A DNA stretch of 49,137 nucleotides from Chthoniobacterales bacterium (GTDB taxonomy: Bacteria > Verrucomicrobiota > Verrucomicrobiia > Chthoniobacterales > JACTMZ01). Below are positions 1 to 9,454 of the stretch, one piece after another. A model generated the notes under the pieces. The model was not told the DNA's origin, searched no databases, and saw only the letters and a program-made list of their open reading frames with translations. A program made the position numbers and the translations under genes. How positions within the stretch are numbered: the stretch's first letter is position 1; every line of letters starts with the position of its first letter. The DNA lies in the NCBI GenBank assembly GCA_040881855.1, contig JBBECM010000003.1, positions 1-49,137 on the forward strand, read 5' to 3'.

Positions 1-112
1 TGAGCTCGAGGCCCATGAAGATGATGAGGAGGTTGCGGCGCAGGAGGACGCCGGCGAGGCCGATGGAAAAGAGGAGGCCGCTGACCAAGAGGTAATCGCC
101 GAGGGTGGGCAT
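1..112 (-). CDS. nuoK: NADH-quinone oxidoreductase subunit K (5' part; runs off the window)
   Basis: Manual translation from ATG at 112: [37 protein letters not shown], a typical NuoK N-terminus. Lies directly downstream of nuoJ. Confidence 0.93.
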   Translation of the reverse strand, partial: MPTLGDYLLVSGLLFSIGLAGVLLRRNLLIIFMGLEL

Positions 113-140
113 GGGTCAGTGGGTTTTGGTTTGGGTCCTG

Positions 141-230
141 ACGGGCGGGACGCCCGTGCCCCCTGATGGGAAGTGGCATCGGCATCTTGCCGATGGTGTC
201 CGAAGTTCATGGGCAGGATGCCCATGCCAC
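141..230. repeat. Cluster of three REP-like palindromes (GTGGCA-type) between nuoJ and nuoK
   Basis: acgggcgggacgcccgtgcc (141-160), gtggcatcggcatcttgccgatg (173-195) and catgggcaggatgcccatgccac (208-230). The last two form an inverted doublet. Confidence 0.75.
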
Positions 231-249
231 ATTTTGCGCAGAGGGATTT

Positions 250-753
250 TCATCGCAGGCTGCGGCGGCTGAGGATGACCACGCCGACGGTGGAGACGAG
301 GAGGAGGACGCCGATGACTTGGAAGGGGAGGTTGAAGGTGCTGAAGAGGGTCATGCCGACCTCGTAGACATCGGAGTAGCCGGTGCGGGCGAGCGGGGGG
401 AAGTGGTCACCGGAGGCGGGGAGGGATTTGACGACTTGCGTGACGAGGACGACGAAGCCGCCGAGGACGGCGAGGCCGCCGGCGAGGGCGGCGATGTTGA
501 GGCGGCGGCGCGTCTCGGCCTTGAGGTCGAGGAGCATGATGATGAAGAGAAAGAGCACCATGACCGCGCCGGCGTAGACGAGGACCTGGATGACACCGAT
601 GAAGAAGGCGTCGAGGGTGACGAAGAGGGCGGCGAGGGCGAGGAAAGAGAGGACGAGGCTCATCGCGCTGTTGACCGGGTTGCGGAAGAGGACCACGGCC
701 AAGGCCGAGGAGAGCATGAGGACGGAAAAGACCCAGAACAGGATGGTGAGCAT
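250..753 (-). CDS. nuoJ: NADH-quinone oxidoreductase subunit J
   Basis: 167-aa hydrophobic protein with RNPVNSAMSL and QVLVYAGAVMVLFLFIIMLL motifs; lies between nuoI and nuoK. Confidence 0.96.
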   Translation of the reverse strand: MLTILFWVFSVLMLSSALAVVLFRNPVNSAMSLVLSFLALAALFVTLDAFFIGVIQVLVYAGAVMVLFLFIIMLLDLKAETRRRLNIAALAGGLAVLGGFVVLVTQVVKSLPASGDHFPPLARTGYSDVYEVGMTLFSTFNLPFQVIGVLLLVSTVGVVILSRRSLR

Positions 754-837
754 GCGATGGTTTGCGCCCGGGGGCGCTTGGCGCGCCGCTTTTTCGCCGG
801 AAACCTCGACGCTAAAAGAGAGCGCGGGCTGTTTCGA

Positions 838-1368
838 TCACTTTTTTTCGTTCCACTTGTGGACGAGGCCGTCCATGACACCGCCCAATTCATAAAGTTT
901 GGCTTTGTCGTGGACCATTTCGGCGCGGGTCAGGCCGGTGATCGAGTAGTCTTTGCGGAGGAAAATGGCCTGTTCGGGGCAGACTTCCTCACAGAGTCCG
1001 CAGTAGATGCAGCGGATCATATCGATGTCGAATTTCTCGGGGAATTTTTCGACTTTGGCCCAGCGGTCTTTTTCGGGGAGTTCGCCGGGTTTGATGGTGA
1101 TGGCGCGGGGCGGGCAGATGAATTCGCAAAGCTGGCAGGCGACGCAGCGTTCGCGGTCGTGCTCGTCTTTGACCAGGGTCGGCGCGCCGCGATACCACTC
1201 GGGCAGGGCGCTGTCCCACTTTTGCTCGGGATACTGCATGGTGACCTTGGTCTGGCCGAAGGTCATTTTGATGAAGTGTTTGATCGTGATCCAGAGGCCG
1301 CCGAGGATGGCGGGGAAATACGAGCGCTCGAGGAGGCTGAGTTTCGGACGTGAGACGACGGTGGCCAT
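838..1368 (-). CDS. nuoI: NADH-quinone oxidoreductase subunit I
   Basis: Two 4Fe-4S motifs (CVACQLCEFICP, CIYCGLCEEVCP) and TMQYPE. Confidence 0.96.
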   Translation of the reverse strand: MATVVSRPKLSLLERSYFPAILGGLWITIKHFIKMTFGQTKVTMQYPEQKWDSALPEWYRGAPTLVKDEHDRERCVACQLCEFICPPRAITIKPGELPEKDRWAKVEKFPEKFDIDMIRCIYCGLCEEVCPEQAIFLRKDYSITGLTRAEMVHDKAKLYELGGVMDGLVHKWNEKK

Positions 1369-1369
1369 A

Positions 1370-2506
1370 TCAGGATTGAAGGTAAGCGAGGATGCCGGCG
1401 GTGAGGAAGATGTTGATCAGCGCCACTTCAAAGAAAACATACCAACCGAGTTTCATCAACTGATCGAAGCGGAAGCGGGGGAGGGTCCAACGGACCCAGA
1501 GGAAGAAGAAGATGATGGCGGCGACTTTGGCGAAGAACGTGCCGATGTTGACCAGGCCCCAGAACCAGCCCTGCGAGCCGTCCGGAATGAAGGGCAGGCT
1601 CCAGCCGCCGAGGAAGAGGGTCACGATGACGCCGGCGCCGGCGATCATGGCGGCGTATTCTCCGAGGAAGAAGAGGGCGAAGCGCATGGACGAATACTCC
1701 GTGTGGTAGCCGCCGACGAGTTCCTGTTCGGCCTCGGGCAAGTCAAAGGGGACGCGGTTGGTTTCGGCGAACATGGCGATCAGGAAGACTACGAATGAAA
1801 TCAGCATGGGGATCCAGAGGAGTGATTTCTCGAGGCTGAGACCGAACATGGCCCCGCTGTCCGCGGTGATTTCGAGCAGACCGGCCCCGCTCGAGAACCA
1901 CGCGGGGAAGACCATCCAGCCGTTGTCCACCTGGTATTGCACGATTTCACCGAGATTGAGCGTGCCGGTGATCATGAAGACGGGAATGACGGAGAGTCCG
2001 AGGGAGAGCTCGTAGGAAATCATCTGCGAACTCGAGCGGATGCCGCCAAGGAAGGGGTATTTCGAATTGGAGGCCCAGCCGGCCAGGACGATGCCATAGA
2101 CGCCGAGCGAGGAGACGGCGAAGACCCAGAGGACGCCGATGTCGAGGTCGGCGATGACCATGGGAACCCCGAAGAGCGTGCTACCGAAGGGCAGGACGGC
2201 GAGAACGAGGATGGCCGGCACCATGGCGAGGCTCGGGGCGATGCTGAAATAGAATTTGTTCACCCCGGCGGGGACGAAATTTTCCTTGAGGAGGAGCTTC
2301 ATGCCGTCGGCGATCGGCTGGATGAGCCCGGCCCAGCCCACGCGGTTGGGTCCGATGCGATCCTGGATGAAGGCGCTGACTTTGCGTTCCGCCCAGACGG
2401 AATAAGCCACCATGGTGAGGACGAGGCCGAGGATGACGACGGTTTTCAGGGCCGAGGTCCAGGCGAGAAAAATCTCGGGCTGAAGGAAGAGATCGAGGCT
2501 CGGCAT
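1370..2506 (-). CDS. nuoH: NADH-quinone oxidoreductase subunit H
   Basis: ERKVSAFIQDRIGPNRVG, ETNRVPFDLPEAEQELVGGYHTEYS and RWTLPRFRFDQLM motifs. Start moved to the ATG of MPSLDLF. Confidence 0.96.
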   Translation of the reverse strand: MPSLDLFLQPEIFLAWTSALKTVVILGLVLTMVAYSVWAERKVSAFIQDRIGPNRVGWAGLIQPIADGMKLLLKENFVPAGVNKFYFSIAPSLAMVPAILVLAVLPFGSTLFGVPMVIADLDIGVLWVFAVSSLGVYGIVLAGWASNSKYPFLGGIRSSSQMISYELSLGLSVIPVFMITGTLNLGEIVQYQVDNGWMVFPAWFSSGAGLLEITADSGAMFGLSLEKSLLWIPMLISFVVFLIAMFAETNRVPFDLPEAEQELVGGYHTEYSSMRFALFFLGEYAAMIAGAGVIVTLFLGGWSLPFIPDGSQGWFWGLVNIGTFFAKVAAIIFFFLWVRWTLPRFRFDQLMKLGWYVFFEVALINIFLTAGILAYLQS

Positions 2507-2624
2507 AAAAGAAGAAAGGCGGCGCAAGCCGCGGATGGAATAGTTGCGGGGCACGGGCGGTTCTTCAATCCCAAAGCGTCCGGGTGGACTTGACGTCACG
2601 GCCAACCGCCACTTGCATGAGGCC

Positions 2625-3515
2625 ATGTGGCTGGAGGTTTTGCGCGCGGTGCTCTACGGGATGGTGGTCCTGTTGCTGGCGGTTGTTGCTTTCCTCGCGG
2701 GGCATGTTGTGGCGGCTAAGACGGCCAAGCAACCGGTGGTCTTGCCGGAAGCCGCGGCGGCTCCGGAGAAGCGGAGGATGGCGCGGGATTTTGTCGAAGC
2801 GGCGCTGGCTTCGTGTTTCGCCGGGCGTCTCCGCGAGGCGCTGGGTTACCTCGAGCAGGCGCGTGCCGAGGATCCTGCTTTGCGCGGGCTGGACTACCAG
2901 TTTGCCCTCACGCATCTCGAGTTGGGGAATTTCGATGCGGCGGAGACCGCGGCGCGCCGTTCCGTGGAGAAAGGCGAGGAAACAGGCAGCGCCCAGGCGC
3001 TGGCGGGCTTGATCGCCCTCGAGCGGGCGCGGTCGGACGGCGCGGTCGAGGCCGCCCGTGAGAAAGTGCTCCGGGCGGTGCAGAAGTCGCGTGACTGGGA
3101 TCCGCTCAGCCCGATGCCGCATTACGTCGAGGCGGAGTTCCACCGTGCGGTAGGCCAACCGGAACCGGCCGTCGATGCCTACCGGCGCGCTCTGGAGAGG
3201 GTTTCCAAAACGGACAGCATCATCATCTCGACGGTAAAAGCCGGGCTGGCCGGGATCCGGCTCAACCATGAGGCCGGTTCTCCTCCGCTCAAACTGCAGG
3301 CGATCAACGGGATATATCCGCCGGAGCAACTTTTTTTCGGGGCGGCCGATGCCCTCCTGCACGGTGACCGGGAGACCGCGGGGAAGTATCTGGCCGAGGT
3401 GCGCGGACGTTTGCCCGCATCGCTCTTCGACGCCCTCCTGCAGGATTCCTTCTTCCAGGATTTTTTGCCCTATGGTATTATTCCCGACCCGTCAAAGGAC
3501 GCCCCCCCACCATGA
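2625..3515 (+). CDS. Membrane-anchored TPR-like protein
   Basis: N-terminal hydrophobic helix, then helical repeats (ALTHLELGNFDAAETAARRSV, AVDAYRRAL). Start inferred at MWLEVL. Confidence 0.7.
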   Translation: MWLEVLRAVLYGMVVLLLAVVAFLAGHVVAAKTAKQPVVLPEAAAAPEKRRMARDFVEAALASCFAGRLREALGYLEQARAEDPALRGLDYQFALTHLELGNFDAAETAARRSVEKGEETGSAQALAGLIALERARSDGAVEAAREKVLRAVQKSRDWDPLSPMPHYVEAEFHRAVGQPEPAVDAYRRALERVSKTDSIIISTVKAGLAGIRLNHEAGSPPLKLQAINGIYPPEQLFFGAADALLHGDRETAGKYLAEVRGRLPASLFDALLQDSFFQDFLPYGIIPDPSKDAPPP

Positions 3516-4636
3516 GACGCCCCGCTCATCTCGCGATTGTTTGTGCCGCGCTGGCGTCCTTCCTGCAGGCGGATGCGGCGCGCGGCCAAGACGACCAGAT
3601 GGTTTTCACCGCGGACCTTCCTTTCGATGCCGCGCAGGCCTTGCCTGCATGGATGCACGGACCGCCGGTGGTCGCGCCGGGCAACGGTTCGCGGCTCGCC
3701 TTCCGGCTGTCTCCGCCGGTCGATCGTGATTTGCTCGTGCATCTTGTTTTCGACGAGACGGCGGGTGGCGGCTTGCGCGTGGAGTGGCAGCGCGACGGGC
3801 AGAGCACCACGGAAGTCTTGGCGGAAAATCTGGGCGAAGGCATCGGCGCGCCGAACCAGCGTTCGCTGCTCATCAGCGCCTCGCGACTGGGCGGCAACGG
3901 CTCCTTGCTGCTGCAAGGCGGGGCCAACCTCAATGTGAACCGCGTGAAATTCGAATGGGTCGCCGAACGCACGATGCTGTCGTCTTCGACGCGCTACGTG
4001 CCGGTGGTGGTCACCGCTTCGCGCCTCACCCTCGCCGAAGCCGACGTGGATGGTGGTCCGCGTCCGGTCCTGCAGGATGAGTGGCGCGACCGCGTCGTGC
4101 GGGCGGCTTTGACCGAAGGTGCCGAGGCGCTGACGCCCGCGTTGCAACTGGATGCGACGCTCGAGCAGAGCCCGAGCATGGCGCGTTTCGAGGCTTCCGT
4201 GGCCGGCGTGTATCTCGACCAGGAAGTGTGGCTCGTGGTCAACGACCAGGAAGTCGGACCGTTGTCCGTCGAGATACCGACGCTCGAAGATCCGGGTCAT
4301 CTCGGGTTGCCCGGCCGCCAGACGCAATTCGCCGGCTGGCGGCGTGCCACGGCGCATATCCCGTCCGCCCTGCTCCTGCCCGGAGAAAATTCCCTCCTGC
4401 TCGAGTTGCGGTCGCCGGTCAATTCCGGTTACAGCAACCGCACGAGCGTCCGTGAAGTGGTGCTGGAAATGACTTATCCCCCGGCCCCGCGCGAGCCCGA
4501 TCTTTCCCTGCCGCTGAGCGATTTGCCTGCCGAAGAGCCGGTGGTCGACGAGGAGTTGCCGTTGCCGCCCGTCTCCGGCGCGCCCAGCCCGGCGGAGCAG
4601 TTGCAGACGTTCTGGGGCACCGGTGGTTCGCTCTGA
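3512..4636 (+). CDS. Hypothetical exported protein
   Basis: Sec-like signal peptide (ending ADAARG), beta-rich body and Pro/Glu-rich tail. ATGA overlap with the upstream gene. Confidence 0.7.
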   Translation: MRRPAHLAIVCAALASFLQADAARGQDDQMVFTADLPFDAAQALPAWMHGPPVVAPGNGSRLAFRLSPPVDRDLLVHLVFDETAGGGLRVEWQRDGQSTTEVLAENLGEGIGAPNQRSLLISASRLGGNGSLLLQGGANLNVNRVKFEWVAERTMLSSSTRYVPVVVTASRLTLAEADVDGGPRPVLQDEWRDRVVRAALTEGAEALTPALQLDATLEQSPSMARFEASVAGVYLDQEVWLVVNDQEVGPLSVEIPTLEDPGHLGLPGRQTQFAGWRRATAHIPSALLLPGENSLLLELRSPVNSGYSNRTSVREVVLEMTYPPAPREPDLSLPLSDLPAEEPVVDEELPLPPVSGAPSPAEQLQTFWGTGGSL

Positions 4637-4683
4637 ATTGCGGTGCCGGCCCGATGCCTGCGGGGTCCGGACGGCAAGGGATT

Positions 4684-4712
4684 TTGACAATCGTCCCGCG
4701 CGCAAGCATCTT
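4684..4712 (+). promoter_or_regulatory. Putative sigma70 promoter for gspG
   Basis: TTGACA (4684-4689), 17-nt spacer, CATCTT (4707-4712). The gspG ATG is at 4719. Confidence 0.5.
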
Positions 4713-4718
4713 CCCCCG

Positions 4719-5162
4719 ATGACGAAAATCTCCCCGCGCAACCTCCGTCATACGGCGGGCTACACCCTGTTCGAGATCATGCTCGTGCTGGGCATCATCG
4801 CGGTGCTGGTCGGGTCGGCCATCTACCTGCTGGTCGGCAACATCGATGTGGCGCGCCAGAGCCGCGTGGATGCCGACTTTCAGGCCATCAGCACGCAACT
4901 GCGCACCTACGAAATGCAGAACATGCGCATGCCCACCAGCGCGCAAGGTTTGGAAGCATTGGTGCAGCGTCCCGGCGCCGAACCGGCCCCGCGCCGCTGG
5001 ATCCAGCTGATGGAGCGCGTGCCCCTCGATCCGTGGGGCGAGCCTTACCTTTTCCGCAATCCGGGCAAGTTGAACCCCCGCGGCTTCGATCTGGTCTCGA
5101 AAGGTCCGGATCGTCAGGAAGGCGGCGGCGACGACATCACGAACCAGTCGTCCACCGAGTGA
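4719..5162 (+). CDS. gspG: Type II secretion major pseudopilin G
   Basis: Prepilin motif G|YTLFEIMLV plus PTSAQGLEALV, DPWGEPY and SKGPDRQEG..DDI T2SG motifs. Confidence 0.93.
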   Translation: MTKISPRNLRHTAGYTLFEIMLVLGIIAVLVGSAIYLLVGNIDVARQSRVDADFQAISTQLRTYEMQNMRMPTSAQGLEALVQRPGAEPAPRRWIQLMERVPLDPWGEPYLFRNPGKLNPRGFDLVSKGPDRQEGGGDDITNQSSTE

Positions 5163-5182
5163 CCCGGCGGGCGGCGGAGCCC

Positions 5183-5659
5183 ATGAGAACCAAGCGCCGG
5201 CCGGCCCGCGGCTACACCTTGCTGGAGATCGCAATGGTCGTCGCGATCATTGTCCTGATCATCGGCGCGGCGGTGCCTATGACATCGGGTTTCACCCGCG
5301 AGCAGCGCCTGCGCGATGTGGTGCGCGAGTTGCTCGTGCTGGCCAAAACCGCGCGGGCCGATGCCATGACCACGGGACAGGCCGCCGAGGTGGTCTTCGC
5401 CAAAGATGGCTTTGCCCTCCGTCGGCCCGGGGAAGCGGAGCCGGGCGAATCGTTCCGCCTGCCGCGCGGCATGCGCTACGTCGTCGAGCCGTTCGGAGCG
5501 GACCGGGCGGTGCGGCCGGACGGCCAACGGTGGGTTTTCCAGCCGACCGGTCTGTGCGAACCTTTGTCGGTGCGCGTGGAGGAGGATGAGGCGTGGATGA
5601 AGGTGACTTTCGACGCGCTGACCGCGGGGATTGCTGACGAGGGATACTACATCCCATGA
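5183..5659 (+). CDS. gspH: Minor pseudopilin, GspH-like
   Basis: Prepilin motif G|YTLLEIAMV, AKTARADA helix and F.PTG motif; follows gspG. Confidence 0.75.
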   Translation: MRTKRRPARGYTLLEIAMVVAIIVLIIGAAVPMTSGFTREQRLRDVVRELLVLAKTARADAMTTGQAAEVVFAKDGFALRRPGEAEPGESFRLPRGMRYVVEPFGADRAVRPDGQRWVFQPTGLCEPLSVRVEEDEAWMKVTFDALTAGIADEGYYIP

Positions 5660-6039
5660 GGCGCGGCGGTTTCACTTTGCTCGAGGTGCTTGTCGCGCTC
5701 GGGATGTTCGTGCTCGCGGTCGGCGGTCTGGCCTTCGCCCTCGACCGCGCCTTCGCGGCCAACAATTACCTCCGGCGTGACGAGGAAATCCGCCAGCAGC
5801 TTGAGTCCCTCCTCGACGAGTCGCTGGCGCTCCCGGTCGCGGTTCTGGAGCAGGGCCGCGAGGCGGGACCGGATGTCCTCGGCGTGACCTATTCCGTCGC
5901 GGCCGAGCCAGCTCCCGAATTCCGCAACAAAGATGACGAGGAACTCGGCGGCCTCTGGCGGGTGACGGTGCGCGCCGAGTGGACCGCGCAGGGCGAGAAG
6001 CAGGAGTGGCAGGAAAGCCACCTGCGCTACCAGCCATGA
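5656..6039 (+). CDS. gspI: Minor pseudopilin, GspI-like
   Basis: G|FTLLEVLVAL prepilin motif, 127 aa, ATGA-coupled to the upstream gene. Confidence 0.75.
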   Translation: MRRGGFTLLEVLVALGMFVLAVGGLAFALDRAFAANNYLRRDEEIRQQLESLLDESLALPVAVLEQGREAGPDVLGVTYSVAAEPAPEFRNKDDEELGGLWRVTVRAEWTAQGEKQEWQESHLRYQP

Positions 6040-6746
6040 AGCGGCGCGTTGTCCAGCGCGGCGGCGCGGGCTTCACGCTCTTCGAGATGATCGTGGTCAT
6101 CATGATCTTCGTGTTGATGGCTGGAGGTATCTACGCGACGGTGAGCGCGGCGGTGCAGGCGACGGCGACGTTGTCCGAGGAGAATCTGCGCACCCAGCGG
6201 CTGAATGCCTTGGTGGGTCTGCTGCGCCGCACGTTTCACAATTTGCCGGCCACGGCGGGAATTTCCGGCGGCGTGCGCGCGGGCGGCGAGGGGATTCCGG
6301 AGATCGTCCTGCGCGACGCACCCGGGGTGTTCGCTTGGGGATCGGGCGGGCCCACGGCCGGCACGGTGGTGCTCGCGGCGCGGCCGCGATTGGGCGGCGG
6401 CCGCGAGTTCAGCCTGCTCCTCCTGCCTTCCTCGCTCGGTGAGACGGAGCGCCTCGATGCCTCGGACCGCGGACGGTGGTTGCGACTCGTGCCCGACTTG
6501 CGCGCGGCACGCTGGAGGTTTTTCAATCCCGCGCTGCAGGAATGGGTCGAAGAGTGGCCGGACGGCGGGGAGCGTCCGCCGCTGGTCGAGTTGAGCCTCG
6601 AGTTGCTCGGGGAGGAGGTTCCCCGCAGCTATGTTTTCTGGCTTCCGCCCGTGCAGCTGCCCGCGGTAGCCGCGCCCGGAGGGTCGGGCGGACCGCCGGA
6701 GTCCGAAGTGGCGTTGCCGCCCGGCGAGGGAGGTGCGGGGCGATGA
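6036..6746 (+). CDS. gspJ: Minor pseudopilin, GspJ-like
   Basis: G|FTLFEMIVV motif and C-terminal WVEEWP...PPLVEL; ATGA-coupled. Confidence 0.75.
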   Translation: MKRRVVQRGGAGFTLFEMIVVIMIFVLMAGGIYATVSAAVQATATLSEENLRTQRLNALVGLLRRTFHNLPATAGISGGVRAGGEGIPEIVLRDAPGVFAWGSGGPTAGTVVLAARPRLGGGREFSLLLLPSSLGETERLDASDRGRWLRLVPDLRAARWRFFNPALQEWVEEWPDGGERPPLVELSLELLGEEVPRSYVFWLPPVQLPAVAAPGGSGGPPESEVALPPGEGGAGR

Positions 6747-7669
6747 AGCGGCCACCTGCTGCCGCGCGCGGTGCGGCCTTGCTTCTGGTTCTCTGGGCCA
6801 TCGCGGTCCTTTCCTTCGCCCTGCTGTGGGTCGCGGACTTGGTGGGTCTTGAGCTGGAGTCCGGGGCGGCCGATGCCAAACGACTCGCCGCACGTCAAAT
6901 CGCGTTGAGCGGCGTGGCGCTCGGCCTGCATCCACAGGTGACACGCGAGGATATAGCTTTGTTGAACCAGGATCTGGACGACGGCGGAAAACTGCGCGTG
7001 CGGATCCGCGGCGAGGGCGCGCGTCTCAACATCAATGCTCTGCTCGCCGAGCAGGATCGCCTCACCTTGAAGAATCTTTTCATCCTGTGGGGATTGAGCA
7101 ATGACGAAGCCGACGTGCTTTTCGACCGGCTGACCGATTGGGTGGACGACGATGCCGGGCGCCAGCTCAACGGTGCCGAGCGCGCGGATTACGAAGCCAT
7201 CGGCGTGGTGGATGCTCCGGCCGACCGACCGTTCCGTTCGGTGGACGAGATGGGCCGGGTCATGGGCATGGAAGTTCTCGCCGAACGCAACCCCGCTTGG
7301 CGCGAGGCGTTCACCGTCTTCGGCGACGGAAGAATCGACGTCAACGAGGCCGGTCCGGATGTGCTGCAGGCGGTGACGGGGCTCACCCCCGAAATGGTCG
7401 AGGACATCCTGCGCATGCGCCGCGGGGGCGACGAAATCGAACCGTCGGAGGATGACGTGCGCTTCGAAAGCGTGGAACAGTTGGGCGGCTGGCTCCAGAC
7501 ATCCTCGCTTCCACCCGAACGTGTGACGGCGCGGCTGACCACCGAGAGCGCGGTCAAAAGAATTGATAGCCGTGGCCTCGTGGACGACTGTGAAGTGCTG
7601 ATCTCCGTTGTGACCGCTTCCGGCGACGGCGGCCAGCCCACCGAATACCTGCTATGGGAGGAAAGATAG
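6743..7669 (+). CDS. gspK: Minor pseudopilin K
   Basis: RG|AALLLVLW without Glu5, E.ARLNIN, DWVDDD, GAE..DY and GRIDVNEA motifs. Confidence 0.88.
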   Translation: MKRPPAAARGAALLLVLWAIAVLSFALLWVADLVGLELESGAADAKRLAARQIALSGVALGLHPQVTREDIALLNQDLDDGGKLRVRIRGEGARLNINALLAEQDRLTLKNLFILWGLSNDEADVLFDRLTDWVDDDAGRQLNGAERADYEAIGVVDAPADRPFRSVDEMGRVMGMEVLAERNPAWREAFTVFGDGRIDVNEAGPDVLQAVTGLTPEMVEDILRMRRGGDEIEPSEDDVRFESVEQLGGWLQTSSLPPERVTARLTTESAVKRIDSRGLVDDCEVLISVVTASGDGGQPTEYLLWEER

Positions 7670-8934
7670 AAAAATCCCGCGCTGCGCGCCGCCGCGCCAT
7701 TTTGCGTCCGGTCGCGGCCGGGTGGCAAAAATGGCAGGAAGGCGAGGGCGGCGCCTGGCAGTTGTCCGGCGAAGCACCGGAGCTTGCGGACCTCAAGCCT
7801 GCCGCCGGGAGTCTCATCGCCATCCCGGTCCGCCGCGCCTTTTCCTTCGCGCTGTGGGTTCCGGCCGAGGATCCGTCCGTTTTCGGCGATCTGGTTTTCA
7901 CGCAACTCGAGTTGCGCGGTCTGGCGGGGCGCAGTCGCGAGGCGACCACGTTCGTCTGGCGGGAGATCGCCCGGGAAGGCCGCGAGGTGCTCCTGCATGC
8001 CGTCGTCTGGCCGGGGCAGCTGGCGGCGCGTTACTGGCACGGGGACGTAACCGAGTATGCGGTTTCGCCCGCCTGCCTGCCCTTGGCATCCGACGCGGTG
8101 ACAGTTTGGCAGGAGGAGGGGGTGTGGGTGGCGGCGGTGACGCGCGGAGAAAAACTCCTGCATTTCCAACCCCTGACCGCCGGTGCCCCGGATGCGGGGA
8201 TGGCCTCGGAAGTTTGGATGATGCTGGCTCCGCTCGAGGCCGGCCGCATGTTGGAGCCGGGTGTGGCGGCCCGGATTCTCCACGAAGAACCCGAACCTCC
8301 GGACTTGGAAGCGTGGCGCTCCGCCGGCGGCGTGCCGGTCGATGCCGCGCCGTTGCCCCCGCCGGTGCGTCCGGCCGGTGGTGCGGACTGCCTGCCCTTG
8401 CCCGTGCGCGAGGTCCAGACGTCGAAAGCAACGGCGGCGCGGCGCCAGCGCCTCGCCCTGGCGGCGGCCGCGGTTTATTTCCTCCTCGTTCTGGCGCTGG
8501 CCGCCAACACCCTGCGTCTGCACTGGCAGGCGCGCTCTTTGCAGGCCGAGATCGACCGCGATGCCGGTGTGGTGGCTTCGACCAAGGAAGCCATGCAGCG
8601 CTGGAACGCGCTTGACGCCGCGCTCGATCCGAAGGGGTATCCGCTCGAGGTGCTCCACGAGGCGGCCCGATTGCTGCCGGAAGACGGCGTGCGGTTGACC
8701 CTTTTCGAAATGAATCTCGGGCGTGTCATAGTGCAAGGTGAGGCCAAGGATTTCACCGCGGCGCAGCTTTACATGGACGCGGTGAAAAAGAGCAAGGAGC
8801 TGGCCTCGTACGAATGGACGGCGGAAAACCCGAAATCCCTGCCCAACCGCAGCGCGCGTTTCCAGATCGACGGGGTAAGGCCGGGCGCGGCGACCCCAAC
8901 GGAAGGAGGTTTCGATGAGGGCACTGACGGCTAA
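7654..8934 (+). CDS. gspL: GspL/PilN-like assembly platform protein
   Basis: Cytoplasmic N-domain, one TM helix, coiled coil and PilN-like C-terminal domain (LLPEDGVRLT...VQGEA). Position after gspK; start uncertain. Confidence 0.65.
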   Translation: MGGKIEKSRAARRRAILRPVAAGWQKWQEGEGGAWQLSGEAPELADLKPAAGSLIAIPVRRAFSFALWVPAEDPSVFGDLVFTQLELRGLAGRSREATTFVWREIAREGREVLLHAVVWPGQLAARYWHGDVTEYAVSPACLPLASDAVTVWQEEGVWVAAVTRGEKLLHFQPLTAGAPDAGMASEVWMMLAPLEAGRMLEPGVAARILHEEPEPPDLEAWRSAGGVPVDAAPLPPPVRPAGGADCLPLPVREVQTSKATAARRQRLALAAAAVYFLLVLALAANTLRLHWQARSLQAEIDRDAGVVASTKEAMQRWNALDAALDPKGYPLEVLHEAARLLPEDGVRLTLFEMNLGRVIVQGEAKDFTAAQLYMDAVKKSKELASYEWTAENPKSLPNRSARFQIDGVRPGAATPTEGGFDEGTDG

Positions 8935-9454
8935 AGAACGCACACTGCTTGTCTTCCTCCTCGGGGCGATTTTCCTCCTGCTCAACGTCGTGGGCTTGCA
9001 GGCTTTCCTCAATCGCCAGCGCTCGCTGCAGACCGGCATCGTCCAGTTGCGTGCGCAGCTCGACGAGCACCGCGCCATTCTCGCCGACCGCGCCTACTGG
9101 GACGAACGGGCCGCGTGGCTCGACGCCAACCAGCCGGCGGACGACGTCGGCACGGTGGAGGACGACACCAAGTTCACGCAATTTGTCGAAACAAGTGCCA
9201 AGAACAGCGGTCTCGAATACACCCGCCGCGGCGGAGGCCCGGTGCCGCCACGCGGCTCCATCGCCGAGGTCTACGATGCCTCGACGGTCAAAGGCCCCAT
9301 GGAGGCGGTGGTCAAATGGTTGTCCGCATTGCAAAAGCCGCGCGATTTCCGCGTGATCAAACAACTCCGCATCAAGAGCGGCGAACCGCCGGAAGTGGTC
9401 TGCGACGTCGAGGTCGCACGCTGGTATCGTCCGACCGGGGAGGCTGCGCCATGA
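8915..9454 (+). CDS. gspM: GspM-like protein
   Basis: LTAKERTLL followed by a TM helix and coiled coil; VVKWLSALQ; follows the gspL-like gene. Confidence 0.65.
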   Translation: MRALTAKERTLLVFLLGAIFLLLNVVGLQAFLNRQRSLQTGIVQLRAQLDEHRAILADRAYWDERAAWLDANQPADDVGTVEDDTKFTQFVETSAKNSGLEYTRRGGGPVPPRGSIAEVYDASTVKGPMEAVVKWLSALQKPRDFRVIKQLRIKSGEPPEVVCDVEVARWYRPTGEAAP

